In this document: one piece after another, positions 31,872-34,521 of the stretch | Numbering within the stretch: the first letter of the stretch is position 1 | How the letters are laid out: every line of letters begins with the position of its first letter | From: a virus | Lineage: Duplodnaviria; Caudoviricetes | Direction: 5' to 3' (one strand) | DNA length: 34,521 nt | Virus record (IMG/VR): IMGVR_UViG_3300020045_008981 | Coordinates: 1 to 34,521 of that record | Notes under the pieces: model-generated | What the model was told of the DNA's origin: nothing | What the model saw: only the letters and a program-made list of their open reading frames with translations | The model's database searches: none | Program-made: the position numbers and the translations under genes

Positions 31872-32536
31872 CCTATAATAAATTTTACCGTAACTATAGA
31901 AATGTCATCATCTGGATATGTAATTTTGATGTTCTTTACTATTCCTTTGCCTTCGTGTTTGATTTTTTCAGTTCCTTTTTCAATGAGTTTAATATTTAAT
32001 ATTGTATTTTCATATAAAAACTCTTTTAATTCTGGAAGTGAAATAAATCCATCTATTTTAAAATATCCTAATAACTTGGATTTTATCAACGCTTTTACAC
32101 CTGTATCTGTTTGATAGTATTCTGTTATTTCTGATGACCTTTCGCCGCTTAGTCTTAAGCCGTTAACAAATATTTCAGTAGTTCCTCTATTTATATTTAT
32201 ATTGTTCATTTTTTGAGCGTATTCTACATTCGTGCCGATTGCCAGCTCCATTTTTTCAAGTGATACAGACGGTAGTTCAGATACATATCCCTTTCCGTTT
32301 TTGTCAGAATAAGGAATATTTGCAACATCTGCCGTTTTCACAAATAGTGAATTTCTTAGCCTTGAAGTGACAATGTGATTTTTACCCCTCAGTCTCAATT
32401 GTGCTTCGGCTTTTATCTTATAAGCGATTTTCGCTAAACTCGAATATACAGATCGTGGGCCAGCTTCTTGAAGTAGCTTAAACTGCTTTTCAAGGTGATC
32501 CATACTTCCTTTGTCCAATGTTATCGAAACGCTCAT
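31868..32536 (-). CDS. HK97 gp10-like neck protein fused to a tail-tube-like domain
   Basis: Likely start MSVSITLDKG at 32536 (TGATG overlap). IVTSRLRNSL and IGTNVEYA motifs, then an AT-rich 113-aa region from Met at 32209. Confidence 0.65.
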   Translation of the reverse strand: MSVSITLDKGSMDHLEKQFKLLQEAGPRSVYSSLAKIAYKIKAEAQLRLRGKNHIVTSRLRNSLFVKTADVANIPYSDKNGKGYVSELPSVSLEKMELAIGTNVEYAQKMNNININRGTTEIFVNGLRLSGERSSEITEYYQTDTGVKALIKSKLLGYFKIDGFISLPELKEFLYENTILNIKLIEKGTEKIKHEGKGIVKNIKITYPDDDISIVTVKFIIG

Positions 32537-33351
32537 CAGAAATATACTTTTTGACTGTTTAACAAATTGAATCCGTTTGATGTTAGAGGGTCTTTCCCTC
32601 TGTTTTCGTACATATCCCTCGCTATTTGAAGGATTGCATTCTTTACCAAAGCCGAACAATCCCCTGCGGTATATTTGAAATAAAACTTCGTTCCAACGGT
32701 GTCAGTAGTGTAATAACGTCCGGTAAATAAGATAGTCATCCTACTAATTCCGTTTTGTTCGTAATCGGTTGTAACCTCGTCGGCTACTTTTACCTCGACT
32801 AAAGACAGGTGATTAGGGAACGGCAAAAGGAATTCTGGCACTGTATCTGACCATTTAACATTTACATACTCGGCATATTCGATTTGAGTAGGGATAAAAC
32901 AACGATTGCAGAATTCTTCGGCTAACTCCCTGGCTGCTGTTATCAGAGATGAAAGTAAAGCGTCCTTTTCTGCGTCGGCTTCATACCGATCTAAAATATA
33001 CGTTTTCATTTCTGCAAGCGTGACAGGCTCCGGGTATAGTGTCGAAATTATCGAACCAGCTAAATCACCTGTGGCATTCGTGCAAATAGGGTCAGTGAAT
33101 CCGCTTCCCTCAACTGCTTCATTAAAAATGATCATATCGTAAAGCGACGTAACAATTACCGAAGGTGTTTGAGCTAAATAGGCTTCGGCGTGAGAAACGA
33201 CAAAAGCGGCTGCGGTGGCTGTTAGGCTAGTCCCGAATGTTATTAGCTTCGTGACGGCTCCCGTTCCGGTAATATTTGCCGTTCCGCTGGTTCCTGTCAG
33301 TGTTACCGTTGCACGCTTCTTTGCGATCAATGTTTTACTTACCTCGTACAT
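32536..33351 (-). CDS. Head-tail connector (gp6-like) with N-terminal extra domain
   Basis: EPVTLAEMKTYI...DALLSSLITAARELAEEFCNR...YTAG...VKNAILQIARDMYENRG, preceded by a ~105-aa Thr/Gly/Ala-rich domain. Confidence 0.85.
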   Translation of the reverse strand: MYEVSKTLIAKKRATVTLTGTSGTANITGTGAVTKLITFGTSLTATAAAFVVSHAEAYLAQTPSVIVTSLYDMIIFNEAVEGSGFTDPICTNATGDLAGSIISTLYPEPVTLAEMKTYILDRYEADAEKDALLSSLITAARELAEEFCNRCFIPTQIEYAEYVNVKWSDTVPEFLLPFPNHLSLVEVKVADEVTTDYEQNGISRMTILFTGRYYTTDTVGTKFYFKYTAGDCSALVKNAILQIARDMYENRGKDPLTSNGFNLLNSQKVYF

Positions 33352-33550
33352 TGCGTTTTTTCTTTGGTGTGTTTAATACCGCTTTGTTCTTTGGTGCCTT
33401 TTCGATTGCTTTTATTTCAATAGGTTTCATTTTCTCAATTCGTTCACCTATTCTGTTTCTGATCATCTCACCATCTAAATGATTAGGAACGGGGACTATC
33501 TCACCCGCAAAATGACCGTTCCAATTTCGATTTAATTTAAAATCACTCAT
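33335..33550 (-). CDS. Small basic protein of the head module
   Basis: Likely start MSDFKLNRNWNGHFAGEIV at 33550; Lys-rich tail KAPKNKAV. Confidence 0.65.
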   Translation of the reverse strand: MSDFKLNRNWNGHFAGEIVPVPNHLDGEMIRNRIGERIEKMKPIEIKAIEKAPKNKAVLNTPKKKRNVRGK

Positions 33551-33569
33551 GACATTAAAATTAAGTGTG

Positions 33570-33616
33570 AACCGCACCGGGGTAACGATCCCCGGCTTAG
33601 TATCCATTATGCGGTT
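33570..33616 (-). promoter_or_regulatory. Intergenic stem-loop after head accessory genes
   Basis: CCGGGG-N7-CCCCGG (33577-33595) nested in AACCGCA/TGCGGTT; no strong U-tract. Confidence 0.45.
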
Positions 33617-34052
33617 ATTGAAGCCACTGCTTAAAATACTGGTTTGTGATTGACGTTGTGGCCGTTCCTGTTCCGGTAAATTCAACTTTGTATTCCCTAT
33701 ATCTATTCGGGACGGTATTACTGATCGTTATTGTAGCGGTTGTGGTTATTGTGCCGCTCGTAACAGGCGAACCAATAGCAACCCAAGAATCTGCTGAAAA
33801 TTTACGCCCGTATAGCTGAACAGAAACACTGTGCGACCCGGTTATCTTAGTTAGTAAACACTGATAATCCTGAGTACTTACATTGTCCTTTTCGGCTTTG
33901 TACAACATCCATTTTACAACAGCATTTGTCAGCGTGATGGGTGCGGCTGTTATCCCGACCGTCGCAGATTTTGGGATTGTAAATGTTGCATCCTGAGACC
34001 TTGCAAATGTAGCTACTACCAACAAGGATAAAACTATTATTAGCTTTTTCAT
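33615..34052 (-). CDS. Beta-rich head-module protein with signal peptide
   Basis: MKKLIIVLSLLVVATFARS|Q; VSVQLYG...WVAIG...YREYKVEFTG, jelly-roll-like. Confidence 0.7.
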   Translation of the reverse strand: MKKLIIVLSLLVVATFARSQDATFTIPKSATVGITAAPITLTNAVVKWMLYKAEKDNVSTQDYQCLLTKITGSHSVSVQLYGRKFSADSWVAIGSPVTSGTITTTATITISNTVPNRYREYKVEFTGTGTATTSITNQYFKQWLQ

Positions 34053-34053
34053 G

Positions 34054-34521
34054 TCAATAAATTCTAAATACTTTTGCCGCCGTTCCTGATGTGAAATAGA
34101 ACCTAAATAATCCGACTGCGTTAGCAGTTGACACAGTTAGCGCATCCCCTCCCGTAATCGCAGGTGTTGTAACGGCAATACTACCGTCTAAAATTAGCGT
34201 TACAGTATTAGAACCAGCCGAATTGTCGATTATTAAGTCAAATGTAGTACCACGCCCACACCCCGGAATTAAAGCAGCTATTGCTGTAGCTGTTGGAGTT
34301 GTTATGCCTGTCGCTGCTCCTGATGTTGAAGTAATTACTCCAGACAACATAGTAGCAGCCGAAACAGTAGCGTCTGCGTTAACGGCTACCGGTGTGTGTT
34401 TACGAATGATATTAGGCATGGTTATACTTCCATCGGTTGTATTGTCGACAAACTCACCCAATTGCAACCTAACATCATGTGTATAGGATTTATGGCCTGC
34501 CGCAACTCCACCCTTTGCGCT
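34054..34521 (-). CDS. Putative head decoration protein (5' end beyond window)
   Basis: Frame stays open upstream of 34467 to the window edge (SAKGGVAAGHKSYTHDVRLQLG...). ATVSAATMLSGVITST...TTPTATAI...FDLIIDNSAG pattern seen in capsid-adjacent proteins. Confidence 0.6.
   Translation of the reverse strand, partial: SAKGGVAAGHKSYTHDVRLQLGEFVDNTTDGSITMPNIIRKHTPVAVNADATVSAATMLSGVITSTSGAATGITTPTATAIAALIPGCGRGTTFDLIIDNSAGSNTVTLILDGSIAVTTPAITGGDALTVSTANAVGLFRFYFTSGTAAKVFRIY

Noticed and set aside
32537-32659. Long upstream starts given by the track (also 6360, 11692, 14001, 15382, 19870, 20932, 33685)
   Set aside because: They overlap upstream genes or promoters; downstream ATGs give coupled overlaps and family-typical N-termini.
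1926-34486. Plus-strand ORFs in the track (e.g. 5298-5603, 20583-21005, 21476-21886, 28460-29071, 34223-34486)
   Set aside because: They lie antisense to well-supported minus-strand genes, lack recognisable motifs and read like shadow frames.
1-34521. Stop-codon reassignment as in some Bacteroidota phages
   Set aside because: Genes tile densely under the standard code, and TAG, TGA and TAA all end genes at sensible, often overlapping, positions.

Overview
A 34.5 kb, AT-rich segment of a tailed dsDNA phage with siphovirus-type morphogenesis genes. Every credible gene is on the minus strand. In transcription order (right to left): head-decoration and accessory genes, head-tail connector, neck/tail completion, duplicated major tail proteins, tail chaperone with a -1 frameshift, tape measure, tail tip, a 1484-aa fibre plus FN3-like and LamG proteins, a CHAP endolysin lysis cassette, a structured non-coding control region (about 15.4-16.25 kb), small early genes, a Sak4/exonuclease/DUF3127-SSB/NinB/NinG recombination block, initiator plus primase-helicase, accessory genes, and a DUF488 / GNAT-like / ParB putative DNA-modification locus running off the left end. 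TAnnTTTG promoters, A-rich leaders without Shine-Dalgarno, DUF3127 and Gln at +1 of signal peptides point to a Bacteroidota host (inference). No integrase, tRNA, CRISPR array or reverse transcriptase was seen. Main signal: several virion-module proteins, including the tail fibre, carry Sec-type signal peptides ending at Gln, and the fibre is rich in Bacteroidota O-glycosylation sequons. This suggests virion parts are exported and modified in the host periplasm. Also notable: a pseudoknot-like leader RNA, a late 3'UTR complementary to early translation starts, a repeated palindromic operator, an HNH/Zn insertion in the GNAT-like gene, and three tail-tube-fold domains. All family assignments are motif recognition by eye, not database results.
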